Positions 25,266-34,172 of a stretch of 37,976 nt of DNA are shown piece by piece. The notes beneath the pieces are model-generated. The model worked only from the letters and a program-made list of their open reading frames with translations, ran no database searches and had not been told where the DNA came from. The first letter of the stretch is position 1. Each line of letters starts with the position of its first letter. Source of the DNA: a virus (taxonomy: Duplodnaviria; Caudoviricetes); IMG/VR virus record IMGVR_UViG_3300043932_000064, positions 1-37,976 of that record, one strand, 5' to 3'. A program made the translations under genes and the position numbers.

Positions 25266-25484
25266 TTAATCCACTGTAAATAGATCGATATACGGCCAGG
25301 GAATCCGCCATTCTTGCCCGGTCATTTCGTACAAGATCAATTCGTCTGGCTTACGCTTGTACCACAGCAACATATTTTCATGATCCATCAATTTTCTCAG
25401 CGCCTTAAGCGGGCACTGCCGGCTTGGAGTGATAACCAGCCTGGTTGCTGAGTCGTAAAGGTTAAAGACTATCCGATTGCGCAT
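25266..25484 (-). CDS. Hypothetical protein
   Basis: 72-aa ORF overlapping the upstream gene, AAGGA RBS. Confidence 0.6.
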   Translation of the reverse strand: MRNRIVFNLYDSATRLVITPSRQCPLKALRKLMDHENMLLWYKRKPDELILYEMTGQEWRIPWPYIDLFTVD

Positions 25485-25662
25485 GTTTCATTACATCCTT
25501 CAACATGATTTCAATTTTTCTAAGTTCCGTAAAGTCCAGCGCTTTTGCCGTTTCTGGACTGATGTAGATTGATAGTTTGCCTGGCTTAAGCAAGGTATAG
25601 CCGATTTGTGGGGAATATTTCTGATAGTATCCATACCGATTCTCGCTTTCGTTGAATGTCAT
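25462..25662 (-). CDS. Hypothetical protein
   Basis: 66-aa ORF coupled to the rusA stop. Confidence 0.65.
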   Translation of the reverse strand: MTFNESENRYGYYQKYSPQIGYTLLKPGKLSIYISPETAKALDFTELRKIEIMLKDVMKHAQSDSL

Positions 25663-26078
25663 TACTCCACCTCCTCAATCATGATCTTTAATCCTTCCTC
25701 TTCCGAGTAAACCTTACTGCAAGTAAACTCGACCACTTGGCAATCGTCACCATATGCCGTGCCATTCATGGCGTCTTGCACTGCCTTAACGATGTTATCT
25801 AGGTCAGGCTTTTTCGTCGGTCTCTCTGTACCAGATAAGCACGCCTTTCGGCGCTTCTTCGAGTAGCTCTTGGGTACTTTAAAGCAAGCAACCATTCGAA
25901 GCCTTATAGCACGTTCTAGGGGCTTCCCAGCGTATGTAGATACTAAGGCTTTTTTGATAACTGCCTTAAAGGCGGTATCCTTTTTCTGCTCATACGTACG
26001 AACCCCTTTCCCGATTCTTGCGAATCTCGGCCGGCCTTGGCCTCTCGGAGCTACGTTTACTTTGAATTGAATTTCCAT
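25662..26078 (-). CDS. rusA: RusA-family Holliday junction resolvase
   Basis: RPRF, KPDLDNIVKAVQDAMNG and DDCQVV motifs. Confidence 0.92.
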   Translation of the reverse strand: MEIQFKVNVAPRGQGRPRFARIGKGVRTYEQKKDTAFKAVIKKALVSTYAGKPLERAIRLRMVACFKVPKSYSKKRRKACLSGTERPTKKPDLDNIVKAVQDAMNGTAYGDDCQVVEFTCSKVYSEEEGLKIMIEEVE

Positions 26079-26088
26079 TCTTACTCCC

Positions 26089-26241
26089 TTACCAAGTTAA
26101 GTAACAGATATAGAAGCTGGTTATCATTAAAGCCGTAAAGGCTAAAAGCGATAGTCTGCTAGGCTTGAACAATAGCCAAAGTGTGGCTAGTATCCAACAG
26201 CCCCAGCTTAAAGCAACGGCGAAGGAAGCTAAATCAATCAT
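26089..26241 (-). CDS. Small two-TM membrane protein
   Basis: AGGAGG before ATG 26241; two hydrophobic stretches. Confidence 0.65.
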   Translation of the reverse strand: MIDLASFAVALSWGCWILATLWLLFKPSRLSLLAFTALMITSFYICYLTW

Positions 26242-26545
26242 CTTCATCCTCCTTTGATTTCCCCGTTGGCAGGCCTGCATAGGCATCGATTGCCTTTCTA
26301 TCAGCTGTCGTTACTTCTTCTACATCGTACACAACATAGCGATTCCGCACGGCGCCACTGATCCAGCAGATCATTCGGCCGTCATGGTCATAGACTTTCA
26401 CGTCTTTTGTGCCAGCGTTGATCGTCACCGTGCGTCCAAACTTGCTCAGCCGGTCGAAAAGGACAACAAATTCCATAAAACTTCTTCCCTTGGTTATCTC
26501 CAATTCAAAGGTTATCTCCAACTCAGGCACAAGCGCAGTCATCAT
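26234..26545 (-). CDS. Hypothetical protein
   Basis: AGGAGG RBS; overlaps both neighbours. Confidence 0.65.
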   Translation of the reverse strand: MMTALVPELEITFELEITKGRSFMEFVVLFDRLSKFGRTVTINAGTKDVKVYDHDGRMICWISGAVRNRYVVYDVEEVTTADRKAIDAYAGLPTGKSKEDEDD

Positions 26546-26864
26546 TGCTTGTCCTCCTTTTCATCGCTTCGTCAATTTCCGGGGCGTCGTCTGGCTTGTC
26601 ACGGTAGATCGGCATGGTCGCTGCCAGATCCGCCATCAATTTCAACTCATCCCAGTTGAATGCCGCACTGTCAAACTGCCAACCCATTGACTGGCTACCC
26701 AGGTTAGCTACTACTTCTGCATCATCCTTGATAGCCACGCCACCGCCTGGAAACTTGACAGCCTTGTAGTCACCAGAAATTCCGTTAAACTTCTTGACAA
26801 ACATCGTGTAGTTAATTGGATCATCGCTGATTGACGGCAGATCTTGAGTTACGAGTTTATCCAT
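26523..26864 (-). CDS. Hypothetical protein
   Basis: GGAGG before ATG 26864 (MDKLVTQ...); C-terminal ATMPIYR motif. Confidence 0.7.
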   Translation of the reverse strand: MDKLVTQDLPSISDDPINYTMFVKKFNGISGDYKAVKFPGGGVAIKDDAEVVANLGSQSMGWQFDSAAFNWDELKLMADLAATMPIYRDKPDDAPEIDEAMKRRTSNDDCACA

Positions 26865-27078
26865 GATTGTTCCCTCCCTGTAAGACTTTGCAATTGTAGA
26901 TATATCTGCCATTCGCCTTTGCTTCAGCGCGTCGGCAAATTTCTGCGCCGACTGCTTTGGCCTCGTCAGCCGACTTGGCGCTAACTGCTGCGATTCTGAC
27001 CAGCAGAGGGGCGTTAGCACCCAGCTGGCGTGTGATATATAGACAGTAGATCTTCATTTTTTCGCTTTTCTTTGTCAT
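26857..27078 (-). CDS. Hypothetical protein
   Basis: AGGAG RBS; 73 aa. Confidence 0.6.
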   Translation of the reverse strand: MTKKSEKMKIYCLYITRQLGANAPLLVRIAAVSAKSADEAKAVGAEICRRAEAKANGRYIYNCKVLQGGNNHG

Positions 27079-27102
27079 TTTGCTTCTCCTTTTTCTTGCT
27101 CT

Positions 27103-27369
27103 TCATATTTTTTTGAGAATATTGTAGACTGCCCGGTTTAGCCGATTAACGGCCTTTACTCCGGCCGGAGACAGCCGATATGTCCCGTCGCTCCATGAGT
27201 CAACTAGGCCATAGCTGACCAGATCGTCAAACAGCTGGCCGTACTGGTCTTGCTTCAGGTGATGACCATACCAGTCCCCGTTTGCGACCATCAGCAGTCT
27301 CTCTGCCATGCCCAGTGCTATCGGCGTCATTTTCAATTCTTGCTTCTTCAACCCAAATCCTAACTTCAT
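27103..27369 (-). CDS. Small winged-helix-like hypothetical protein
   Basis: AGGAGG before ATG 27369; L...GLV......YRLSPAG pattern. Confidence 0.6.
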   Translation of the reverse strand: MKLGFGLKKQELKMTPIALGMAERLLMVANGDWYGHHLKQDQYGQLFDDLVSYGLVDSWSDGTYRLSPAGVKAVNRLNRAVYNILKKI

Positions 27370-27515
27370 CGTTTTTCCTCCTGCATCTTCTCCAAGGCCT
27401 TGGCGATCCGCTGCAGAGCGACAATCTTTAAGATGTCTAAGCCTTCCTCTGCTGGACAATCTCCATACACGTGTTTTAAATATTCGATGTCCTCAATAAT
27501 AGGTCTAATGTCCAT
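27366..27515 (-). CDS. Hypothetical protein (49 aa, not in ORF track)
   Basis: AGGAGG RBS; MDIRPIIEDIEYLK...EEKR*, ATGA overlap with the next gene. Confidence 0.65.
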   Translation of the reverse strand: MDIRPIIEDIEYLKHVYGDCPAEEGLDILKIVALQRIAKALEKMQEEKR

Positions 27516-27527
27516 CACCAACACCTC

Positions 27528-28010
27528 CTAAAACGGCAAATCGCCACTTGAAACATTGATAGCAGCATCCCCGGCAACAGCGCCAAACGGGTCGCTAGCT
27601 TTCTGAGCTAATGACGCCCCCTGGCTTGTCCCGGCGGCCGGCCGCTGATAGCTGTCTAGTGCACCCACCGACGGTTGCTGGTCACGCTCACGGCGTGATT
27701 CAAGCAGTGAGAAGTTGTCAACGACGACTTCCGTCACATAGACTCTTTGCCCGTCTTTGTTGTCGTAGTTTCTGGTCTGGATCCGGCCTTGGATGCCAAC
27801 CAAGCTGCCCTTGCTGGTGAAGTTGCAGAAGTTTTCTGCCGACTTGCGCCAGATGACGCAGCTGATAAAGTCCGCTTCTTTTTGTCCATTGGCATTTGAG
27901 AATTGTCGATCAACGGCTAAAGTGAACATAGCAACCGAGATGCCGCTCCCGGTAGTACGCAATTCAGGATCACGTGTTAAACGGCCAACCAGTACAACGT
28001 TATTGATCAT
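27528..28010 (-). CDS. ssb: Single-stranded DNA-binding protein
   Basis: [19 protein letters not shown]-terminus and DLPF C-terminus. Confidence 0.97.
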   Translation of the reverse strand: MINNVVLVGRLTRDPELRTTGSGISVAMFTLAVDRQFSNANGQKEADFISCVIWRKSAENFCNFTSKGSLVGIQGRIQTRNYDNKDGQRVYVTEVVVDNFSLLESRRERDQQPSVGALDSYQRPAAGTSQGASLAQKASDPFGAVAGDAAINVSSGDLPF

Positions 28011-28024
28011 TTCTTCCTCCTTTT

Positions 28025-28831
28025 TTAGCTGATTCCTAGTTCGTTAAAAAGGTCTGTGATGTCATTCTGCTCATCGATTGGACTTGATGCTTTATCGCCC
28101 AAACTTTCCGATAACGGTGGCGTATCGACTCTTCTTGGCTTTGGCTTCTTGATTTCAGACTTCGCCCAGCTCCGCTGCCGCTGAATCAGTTGCCTGATCG
28201 CCATCTGCGTTTGAGCATCGCCGTTTATCAGCTCTGCGCGGAACCAATTGGCCGCGTCTTGATCTCCGCCTTGCGCATCAGCCCAGAGATCTACCAAATA
28301 TCCCGATTGGCCGCGGAAGGTGATAACGTAGTTCTCTAGCTCCGACTGACTCAGCTTATGGGCTGATGGGCCAGCGCCCATTTCCGAAGACTGCCGACCG
28401 TCACTGTCGCTTTCTGAGCTGACGCCAAAAATCGACGACAGCGCGTATCTTCGTGCATAGGTCAATGCAGATCCCTTATCCTTGATGCCGTTGCCAGCAG
28501 GCAAGAGGAATTCACCACAGTCCATCTTGTCATCTGAGCTGATCAGGTAAGTATGGACTCCGACCTGCCCGTTTGATGAAATTGGTATTTGGATCCATGA
28601 CAAGTCGGCTGTGCCAATGGCTTGCTGGATCGTATCGATCAAATTATCCAGCGTTGTGTAGCTGTAACTGTAGTCAGAGCCATATTTTGTTTTAACGTCA
28701 ACTTTCTTATTCAGAGTCGGGTTCTTCAGGCGCCGCTTGACTTCAATCAGTGACTCAAGCAGTGTCTTCTTCGGCGTAGGCTTAACCGCCTCTACTTGGC
28801 TTTCTTTACTGCTTTCTTTACTTTTTTCCAT
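28025..28831 (-). CDS. ERF-family ssDNA annealing protein
   Basis: YSYTTLD and [21 protein letters not shown] motifs; GAGG before ATG 28831. Confidence 0.9.
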   Translation of the reverse strand: MEKSKESSKESQVEAVKPTPKKTLLESLIEVKRRLKNPTLNKKVDVKTKYGSDYSYSYTTLDNLIDTIQQAIGTADLSWIQIPISSNGQVGVHTYLISSDDKMDCGEFLLPAGNGIKDKGSALTYARRYALSSIFGVSSESDSDGRQSSEMGAGPSAHKLSQSELENYVITFRGQSGYLVDLWADAQGGDQDAANWFRAELINGDAQTQMAIRQLIQRQRSWAKSEIKKPKPRRVDTPPLSESLGDKASSPIDEQNDITDLFNELGIS

Positions 28832-28842
28832 TTCGGCCGCCC

Positions 28843-29709
28843 TCACAGTCTCTTGATTTCCAGCCCCAAGTCCTTGGCAAACTGAAGCAGTTTTGCGAGC
28901 TGTTCTTTGCTCCCACATAACTCCAAGCGAACGTGATAGACCTGCGCTACCACTTCACCTGTCTCCTTGACCACTCGCTTGTTGCCTTTGACCACGGTTT
29001 TTTCTAGCTCTCTCTGTCGTCTCTCAGCGTCTCTCAGTTTCTGCTGCGCTAGGTCTTCCTTGTAGTGCCCCATTTGACTAAGAACATCGCTCAACGGGCT
29101 GTAATTAAGCATTTCGACCCAGTGACTTTCGGGAAGCTGAAGCTCAGCAGCACGGTTGGTAACTGCTTTGACTGCCTCCGCGTACTGACTATACTTAGCC
29201 TGTAGTGCGGCGATTTGTGCCTTGACCTCGACTTCAGTTTTAGGCCAGGTAGAACTCTTGTTGGCCCAGGACGGATTCCATTCGATGTCATCGGCTGATA
29301 CATGTGCTTCGCTACACAAATCAGCGATTCTACGCTTGATAGACTCAGTACGCGCTGCTTTGGCTTTTTCATCATAGGCATTGATCCCGGCTCTTATCTG
29401 TGACACCACACCATCGAGTTCACTGGTCATTGCCTTAACTTCATCTGCGAACTGATCGACTTCCTTGGTAGCCTGCTTCTTGATCTCAATTTTGCGGTCA
29501 TTTAAGGCTTTCTTCAGCTTGTTTAGCTCAGCAGCAGTCTTCTTGTCCTGCTTATAGGAGTCAGCGGTGACCACCAGGCCGGAATAGGCCTTACATACTT
29601 GATCGACTGCCTGCTTCAGGTTAGCGAGTCCAACTACATCAACTTTGGCCGGGGTGTAATTGACTTGAACTTTTTGTGCTATCTTCTCCGGCGTTAATAC
29701 TTCAGTCAT
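28843..29709 (-). CDS. DUF1351-like coiled-coil protein
   Basis: Y.GLVVT.D..K..KK..AELNKLKKAL.D..IEIKK and W.NKS motifs; adjacent to ERF. Confidence 0.78.
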   Translation of the reverse strand: MTEVLTPEKIAQKVQVNYTPAKVDVVGLANLKQAVDQVCKAYSGLVVTADSYKQDKKTAAELNKLKKALNDRKIEIKKQATKEVDQFADEVKAMTSELDGVVSQIRAGINAYDEKAKAARTESIKRRIADLCSEAHVSADDIEWNPSWANKSSTWPKTEVEVKAQIAALQAKYSQYAEAVKAVTNRAAELQLPESHWVEMLNYSPLSDVLSQMGHYKEDLAQQKLRDAERRQRELEKTVVKGNKRVVKETGEVVAQVYHVRLELCGSKEQLAKLLQFAKDLGLEIKRL

Positions 29710-29989
29710 GATTCTTTCCCCCATTCTTTCTGCGCAAGTCAGTCAGCTCACGCAAGATTTCGCCCAGTTCTTCCTCATCACACGGATAGTCGCCATAGAG
29801 TGAGTCTGCCAATTCTTCGACGTCACCAAAGACGCCTTGGCGACCAAAAAGGTCTGGGAACATTGCGATCAGCTGGTCTTCACACGCTTTCCGCATCTCA
29901 TCCCACGAAGGGGACTGACAACCGGTGCGCTCTTGTGGGTCAGTTCCCCACCAGTTTCCAGAAACCATTGAGTTTTCTATCATTTGCAT
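29702..29989 (-). CDS. Hypothetical acidic protein
   Basis: AGGAGG RBS; 95 aa. Confidence 0.7.
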   Translation of the reverse strand: MQMIENSMVSGNWWGTDPQERTGCQSPSWDEMRKACEDQLIAMFPDLFGRQGVFGDVEELADSLYGDYPCDEEELGEILRELTDLRRKNGGKNHD

Positions 29990-30050
29990 GGTATAATCCT
30001 CCTATAATCATGTTTTCCGAGCTCATTAGCATCTGCTAGTGGGCTTTTTT
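29968..30050 (+). ncRNA. Putative antisense sRNA unit 1 (promoter plus terminator)
   Basis: TTGAGT-18-TATAAT with TGn extension (29989-29997), then GCTCATTAGC-ATCT-GCTAGTGGGC-TTTTTT. Confidence 0.55.
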
Positions 30051-30054
30051 GTTG

Positions 30055-30840
30055 CTATTGATCTGGCATGCCAGGGATGCTTAGGCTGTCAATCTCTTCC
30101 CAGCTCTTGCCTTCAGCTAGTGCTTGGTCAATCGCCCGCTTGCGTTCTTCATCCCAGCCATACCACCCGTAGACACCGAAGATAGACTTCTTCCACCGGG
30201 CTTGATCAGTCTCTGATCCACCGTCTGGATGCTCTTGGAGAAACTGCTTATAAGACATGTAGATGGCATCGTGGTTTCCCCGGTTCCGAGATCTGATAGC
30301 CTTTATCTTTGGATCAGATAATAAATTAATTTCTTGTTTTTCCCCCTCTGGGGTTCCCAGGCTCTGCCTGGGTTCCCTTTCGGGGGAATTAATTAATTTC
30401 TTACTTTGTTTATGGGTATTTTGTTGATGGTTACTTTGTAGTTGCTCCTTTACCGCTGTCGGTCGACCGTTGTCGGTGGACCGTTGTCGGTCAACCGTTG
30501 ACGGTAAAGGGGCAACGGTGGGGGCATCCTGTGGATAACTTTTTTCCGGAAGGCTGTCACGCAGCACCCAATCATAGCCACCAAATTTTCCACGAGTTTG
30601 GCGCTTGTTTTTAAGTGCCAGGTAGCCCAGAGCTTTTAGCTCATCGACATAAGAGTCGATTTTCTTTCGCCCCTCTGTTGATTGCTTGTACAGCACCTTT
30701 TTGTAGAACTGCCAGTCATCTGGCATCGACCACATGTAGATGAACAGCCCTCGTGCTCCAAAGGACAAGCGGTCATCCTGGAGAACCGAGTTGTCAATCA
30801 CCGTATATCGGGACTGATAGACTTTTTTCAAGCGCTCCAT
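30055..30840 (-). CDS. Phage replication initiator (N-terminal HTH)
   Basis: YTVIDN..LQD.RLSF.ARGL..Y..S.PDDW motif; internal iterons. Confidence 0.85.
   Translation of the reverse strand: MERLKKVYQSRYTVIDNSVLQDDRLSFGARGLFIYMWSMPDDWQFYKKVLYKQSTEGRKKIDSYVDELKALGYLALKNKRQTRGKFGGYDWVLRDSLPEKSYPQDAPTVAPLPSTVDRQRSTDNGRPTAVKEQLQSNHQQNTHKQSKKLINSPEREPRQSLGTPEGEKQEINLLSDPKIKAIRSRNRGNHDAIYMSYKQFLQEHPDGGSETDQARWKKSIFGVYGWYGWDEERKRAIDQALAEGKSWEEIDSLSIPGMPDQ
30385..30538. repeat. Putative phage replication origin: AT-rich tract, four 14-bp iterons, DnaA box
   Basis: ACCGYTGWCGGTnn at 30452, 30466, 30480 and 30494; AT-rich 30385-30440; TGTGGATAA at 30530-30538. Confidence 0.75.
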
Positions 30841-30934
30841 GGTATAATCCTTTCTAGAGGATGCATCCGGTCTGCAAACTCAATATGCATCCTCGTTCCC
30901 CTAGTTCTTCTTCGAAGAGCTAGGCTTTTTTTTT
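30840..30934 (+). ncRNA. Putative antisense sRNA unit 2 over the rep leader
   Basis: TGGTATAAT at 30840-30848, hairpin GAGGATGCAT/ATGCATCCTC, terminator CCTAGTTCTT..AAGAGCTAGG plus nine T. Confidence 0.55.
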
Positions 30935-31006
30935 GACTTTTTCCTTTTTCCCGGTCGTGAAGGCGTTTGATGCCTTAACCAGACGCTTAATTGTCTCTGC
31001 GCTCAT
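30920..31006 (-). CDS. 28-aa basic peptide
   Basis: AAGGTG RBS; MSAETIKRLVKASNAFTTGKKEKVKKKA*. Confidence 0.4.
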   Translation of the reverse strand: MSAETIKRLVKASNAFTTGKKEKVKKKA

Positions 31007-31148
31007 GATGCTCACCTTCCTGATAAACCATCGCCCAAGTCAAAATAAAAATATCAATGATCGCTGCCCAATTTGAGGCTACGATCATCCCTGATGACCG
31101 CAACCACATCCATAAGGCGGATAATACCGCCACAATTGCGTAAAGCAT
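30987..31148 (-). CDS. Small membrane protein (53 aa)
   Basis: GAGGAGG RBS; two hydrophobic segments starting MLYAIVAVLSALWMW. Confidence 0.65.
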   Translation of the reverse strand: MLYAIVAVLSALWMWLRSSGMIVASNWAAIIDIFILTWAMVYQEGEHHERRDN

Positions 31149-31160
31149 GTTGTCCTCCTC

Positions 31161-31445
31161 TTATAGCTCTTCCCAATGGTCTTCCAGCCATTGCCGAGCC
31201 CGATACTCATTGATTTCAAAGCTACGTCCCCGACCAGGATTGATGTTCTTGCACCAGTCCGGATGGTACTTGTAGATAATGTTTTCCTTGACCCAGTCCT
31301 TGCCATGCTGAGGACAGTACTTTTCGACAAATTCCCCTAGGCCAATTCTCCGGCCAAGGGCATCATCCTTAGGCACATAGCCACGTTCAGCCATAATTTT
31401 GTCAACAGCTGCAACGAGCACTTGATCACCAACCGTGATTTGCAT
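31161..31445 (-). CDS. DUF771-like small DNA-binding protein
   Basis: W..ENI.Y and A..WLEDHWEE pattern; GGAGG RBS. Confidence 0.65.
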   Translation of the reverse strand: MQITVGDQVLVAAVDKIMAERGYVPKDDALGRRIGLGEFVEKYCPQHGKDWVKENIIYKYHPDWCKNINPGRGRSFEINEYRARQWLEDHWEEL

Positions 31446-31611
31446 CTTTGGTTCCTCCTCTCAGATCATCTGCGGTTAACCTGCACCCACATTGTTCGCA
31501 ATAATTGCCCTTGCTGGTGTATTGCAAGCAATTAGTGCATTTGATCATCCCTTGTCGTTTCAGAAACTCAGCATAAGAAGGCTGAGTTTCTTTTTTCTGG
31601 TTCAGCTCCAT
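31426..31611 (-). CDS. Small zinc-ribbon protein
   Basis: CTNC...YCEQCG motif; GAGGTG RBS. Confidence 0.65.
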   Translation of the reverse strand: MELNQKKETQPSYAEFLKRQGMIKCTNCLQYTSKGNYCEQCGCRLTADDLRGGTKDANHGW

Positions 31612-31623
31612 CTTGATCACCTC

Positions 31624-31800
31624 TCAGATCGACTTCTCAAACGCATCAGACAGGTCCTCAATCAGCCTGGTCAACTTCATTTCAGTCTGCTTACTGATCA
31701 ATGCTCCGCTATGCTCATCACACAGTTCTTTTAATCCTGTCGCAATGGCTTCAATCACCAAGTGCTGCACCTTTTTAATTGATTCTTCTGTCTCGTACAT
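31624..31800 (-). CDS. Hypothetical protein (58 aa)
   Basis: GGAGG RBS; MYETEESIKKVQHL...FEKSI*. Confidence 0.65.
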   Translation of the reverse strand: MYETEESIKKVQHLVIEAIATGLKELCDEHSGALISKQTEMKLTRLIEDLSDAFEKSI

Positions 31801-31803
31801 CGC

Positions 31804-31974
31804 CTACGCCTCCCCGTGATCCAGTGCCCACCAGGCAACAGCGGCCCGTACTTCTGGGGCTGGATCATTCACCAGCTTGTCCAGCTTGCGCCCACGGTAG
31901 GCCGCGTAGGACCGTGTGCTGGCGTCTTTGGACTCAGCCAAAGCGTCCAAAAGGTACTCTTTAGTGTCAATCAT
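31804..31974 (-). CDS. Hypothetical protein (56 aa, HEAT-like motif)
   Basis: MIDTKEYLLDALAES...LVNDPAPEVRAAVA..*; fills the gap after the antirepressor. Confidence 0.6.
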   Translation of the reverse strand: MIDTKEYLLDALAESKDASTRSYAAYRGRKLDKLVNDPAPEVRAAVAWWALDHGEA

Positions 31975-31991
31975 TTCAGTCACGCTTTCTG

Positions 31992-32774
31992 CTAAAAATC
32001 AAACTCCTCCTGTTCAATCAGCGGCAGAACGCCGTTAGTCTTCAACAGCTCATACAGCCCCAGGCGTCCTTTTTGGGTCCACTTGGTCTGCATGACTGCC
32101 TTCTTGGTGCCGTCAGTCCGATCAACCACGATGGTGTCGCTGTGGGTCCAGCCGGTCTTCTGGTACTTGGAGTACAACAACCAGGTTGATCCTTGCTTGT
32201 ACTGCACTTTCAAGTCGTGCAGCTTGGCGTTCATCTCCCGGCCTGACATTCCGTAGTCCTTGGCGATCTGAGTAATCGTAACCAAGGACTGGTTCTTGAG
32301 CACAAGATCGTAGTAACTAGCCTTCGGCGTCAGCTCGTTGACTCTCTGTTCAGCGATCAACCGGCCTTCCCGTTCCGCCTTCAATTCGGTGGCTAGCTTG
32401 ATCAATGTGTCTGGGTTGAGCAGCACTTCCTCAATCTTCTCTTGAGTCATGTAAGCCCCGTGCTTGCGGATTGACGGCAAGACTTCAGACGTCACCCAGC
32501 GCTTGAATTTTTTCGCAGTTGGCAGCTTGGAGCTGAGGATCAGGCTGTAGAGGCCGGACTCGTTGATGACCGTCGTTTCCTGCTTCCCGCCAGGGGTGTC
32601 TAAAACGGACACCCCTTTGTCTTCACTATCAACATGTTCACGAACAGCTTTTGCAGTCTGCGAGTAGCCCAAGATTTCCGCAACGTCTTTTCCGACGAAA
32701 TAAGGTTCATCGTTAATGATCGTTGTTCTTACTGATTTGCTTTCAAAGTTGAAAGCTCTGATTTGATTGGTCAT
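31992..32774 (-). CDS. Phage antirepressor (BRO-N plus KilA-C/ANT)
   Basis: PYFVGKDVA.ILGY, INESGLYSLI..SKLP.AK.FK.WVT.EVLP.IRK.G and WTQKGR motifs. Confidence 0.94.
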   Translation of the reverse strand: MTNQIRAFNFESKSVRTTIINDEPYFVGKDVAEILGYSQTAKAVREHVDSEDKGVSVLDTPGGKQETTVINESGLYSLILSSKLPTAKKFKRWVTSEVLPSIRKHGAYMTQEKIEEVLLNPDTLIKLATELKAEREGRLIAEQRVNELTPKASYYDLVLKNQSLVTITQIAKDYGMSGREMNAKLHDLKVQYKQGSTWLLYSKYQKTGWTHSDTIVVDRTDGTKKAVMQTKWTQKGRLGLYELLKTNGVLPLIEQEEFDF

Positions 32775-32787
32775 GTCGGCTCCCTTC

Positions 32788-32808
32788 TAATACGGTTAAA
32801 CCGTATTA
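32788..32808. promoter_or_regulatory. Operator palindrome, copy 2
   Basis: TAATACGGTT-A-AACCGTATTA, a perfect 21-bp palindrome between cro and the antirepressor RBS. Confidence 0.8.
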
Positions 32809-32809
32809 C

Positions 32810-33001
32810 TTACTTAAAAAATAACGTGTCAAATTTGACACCGTAAACATTTTCGATTTTCTTGATCTGTTTTGCGTTAGGGTAAGACTTGCTGTTTTCC
32901 CATTTAGATAGCGTAGACGTTGAAACCTCTAGTTTCTCAGCCGCTTCTTTCTGGGTAAGTCCAGCATTAACCCTTGCCGCTTCAATGCTGAGTTGTGGCA
33001 T
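32810..33001 (-). CDS. Cro-like HTH regulator
   Basis: XRE HTH (LTQKEAAEKL.VS.STLSKWEN), divergent from cI. Confidence 0.9.
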   Translation of the reverse strand: MPQLSIEAARVNAGLTQKEAAEKLEVSTSTLSKWENSKSYPNAKQIKKIENVYGVKFDTLFFK

Positions 33002-33049
33002 TACTATTCTCCTTTCAGTCTCTTAGGTCTGTTTCAACCTTACATGTAC

Positions 33050-33078
33050 ATCATAATACGGTTAAACCGTATTGTCAA
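33050..33078 (-). promoter_or_regulatory. Lytic promoter with operator copy 1 in the spacer
   Basis: TTGACA (33078-33073), 17 nt, TATGAT (33055-33050); AATACGGTTAAACCGTATT spans 33055-33073. Confidence 0.85.
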
Positions 33079-33173
33079 CACGAAATGCAATATTTTTTTA
33101 CTTTTCTAGAAGAAAAGAAGCTATTTGCATATCCAACATGTAAAATAGTATTAAGGAGCATAAGGAGGAAACC

Positions 33174-33818
33174 ATGAAACAAACGGAGGAAAGCAGAAAA
33201 ATATTTGCTTACAACTTAAAGACTAACATTGAGCAACGTGGGCTAACTGTCAAAGAGTGGGCCAAACGAATAGGCGTGGCTTACACCACTGCGATTGATT
33301 GGGTAAACGCTAAAACTTATCCAAGAATTGAAAAAATCGACAAGATTGCAGATTATTTTGGGGTTGACAAATCTGATTTGATTGAGCCAAAAACAAATAA
33401 GCCATCAAATTTAATCCCTATAAAGAAGTTGGAATGGCACCGCATCCCTGTGATTGGGACTATAGCGTGCGGTGACCCTATCGACGCTGAGCAGAACATC
33501 GTAGACTACCTAGAACTCCCAGGTCACTTGCCAGATGGTGCTTTTGCTCTTATATGTGAAGGCGACAGCATGGAACCCGGACTGCAAGATGGTGATCGTG
33601 TGGTTATTGAGCCCACACCTAATGTGGAAGACGGTGAAGTGGCTGCTGTTCTGGTCGATGGTGATACCAAAGCTACTTTGAAAAAGGTACGCCACGTAGG
33701 CGACACAATCTGGCTTATGCCAACTAATCCTGCATACTCACCTATTGTCCTGGACAAAGACCACCCTGGGCGGATCTTAGGAAAGAAGATACAGATGATT
33801 AGATATGGCAGTAGATAA
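33174..33818 (+). CDS. CI-like repressor (XRE HTH plus S24 autopeptidase)
   Basis: N-terminal HTH; IACG cleavage loop, GDSMEP and ATLKK catalytic motifs. Confidence 0.94.
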   Translation: MKQTEESRKIFAYNLKTNIEQRGLTVKEWAKRIGVAYTTAIDWVNAKTYPRIEKIDKIADYFGVDKSDLIEPKTNKPSNLIPIKKLEWHRIPVIGTIACGDPIDAEQNIVDYLELPGHLPDGAFALICEGDSMEPGLQDGDRVVIEPTPNVEDGEVAAVLVDGDTKATLKKVRHVGDTIWLMPTNPAYSPIVLDKDHPGRILGKKIQMIRYGSR

Positions 33819-33854
33819 AAAAGCCCCTTGATAAAGGGACTTGAAGGTAAATTT

Positions 33855-34172
33855 ATGGATTTTATCAAAGCTATCTGGGACTTATACCCTCATACTAGAG
33901 CTGAGACTTTTTGGTTTATTATCGCCTTAGCCGAATTTTTCACTATGGGTCCTTGGGTCCTAAAGCTTTATCACAAAAATAGGAAGCTGACAAATCAATT
34001 AGGTTCCTCTTCAGTGGATCGTATACATATACAGACTGGAAGTATAGACATAGACTTAGCTGGTCAACCAGCTTCAAATCCGTCAAACAAACAAGAACAG
34101 TTAATTAGAGACATCACTTCAGGAACCATAAATAATATTAGTCAAAAAGAATCCACTACCAATGAGAACTAA
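33855..34172 (+). CDS. Single-TM hypothetical protein
   Basis: GAAGGT RBS before ATG 33855; FWFIIALAEFFTMGPWVL hydrophobic segment. Confidence 0.65.
   Translation: MDFIKAIWDLYPHTRAETFWFIIALAEFFTMGPWVLKLYHKNRKLTNQLGSSSVDRIHIQTGSIDIDLAGQPASNPSNKQEQLIRDITSGTINNISQKESTTNEN

Noticed and set aside
30452-30505. Short repeats as a mini CRISPR array
   Set aside because: Contiguous 14-bp units without spacers, inside rep, no cas genes; iterons fit better.
33125-33154. cI promoter (TTGCAT with TAAAAT or TATTAA)
   Set aside because: Spacing and consensus are ambiguous; a promoter must exist here but cannot be placed reliably.
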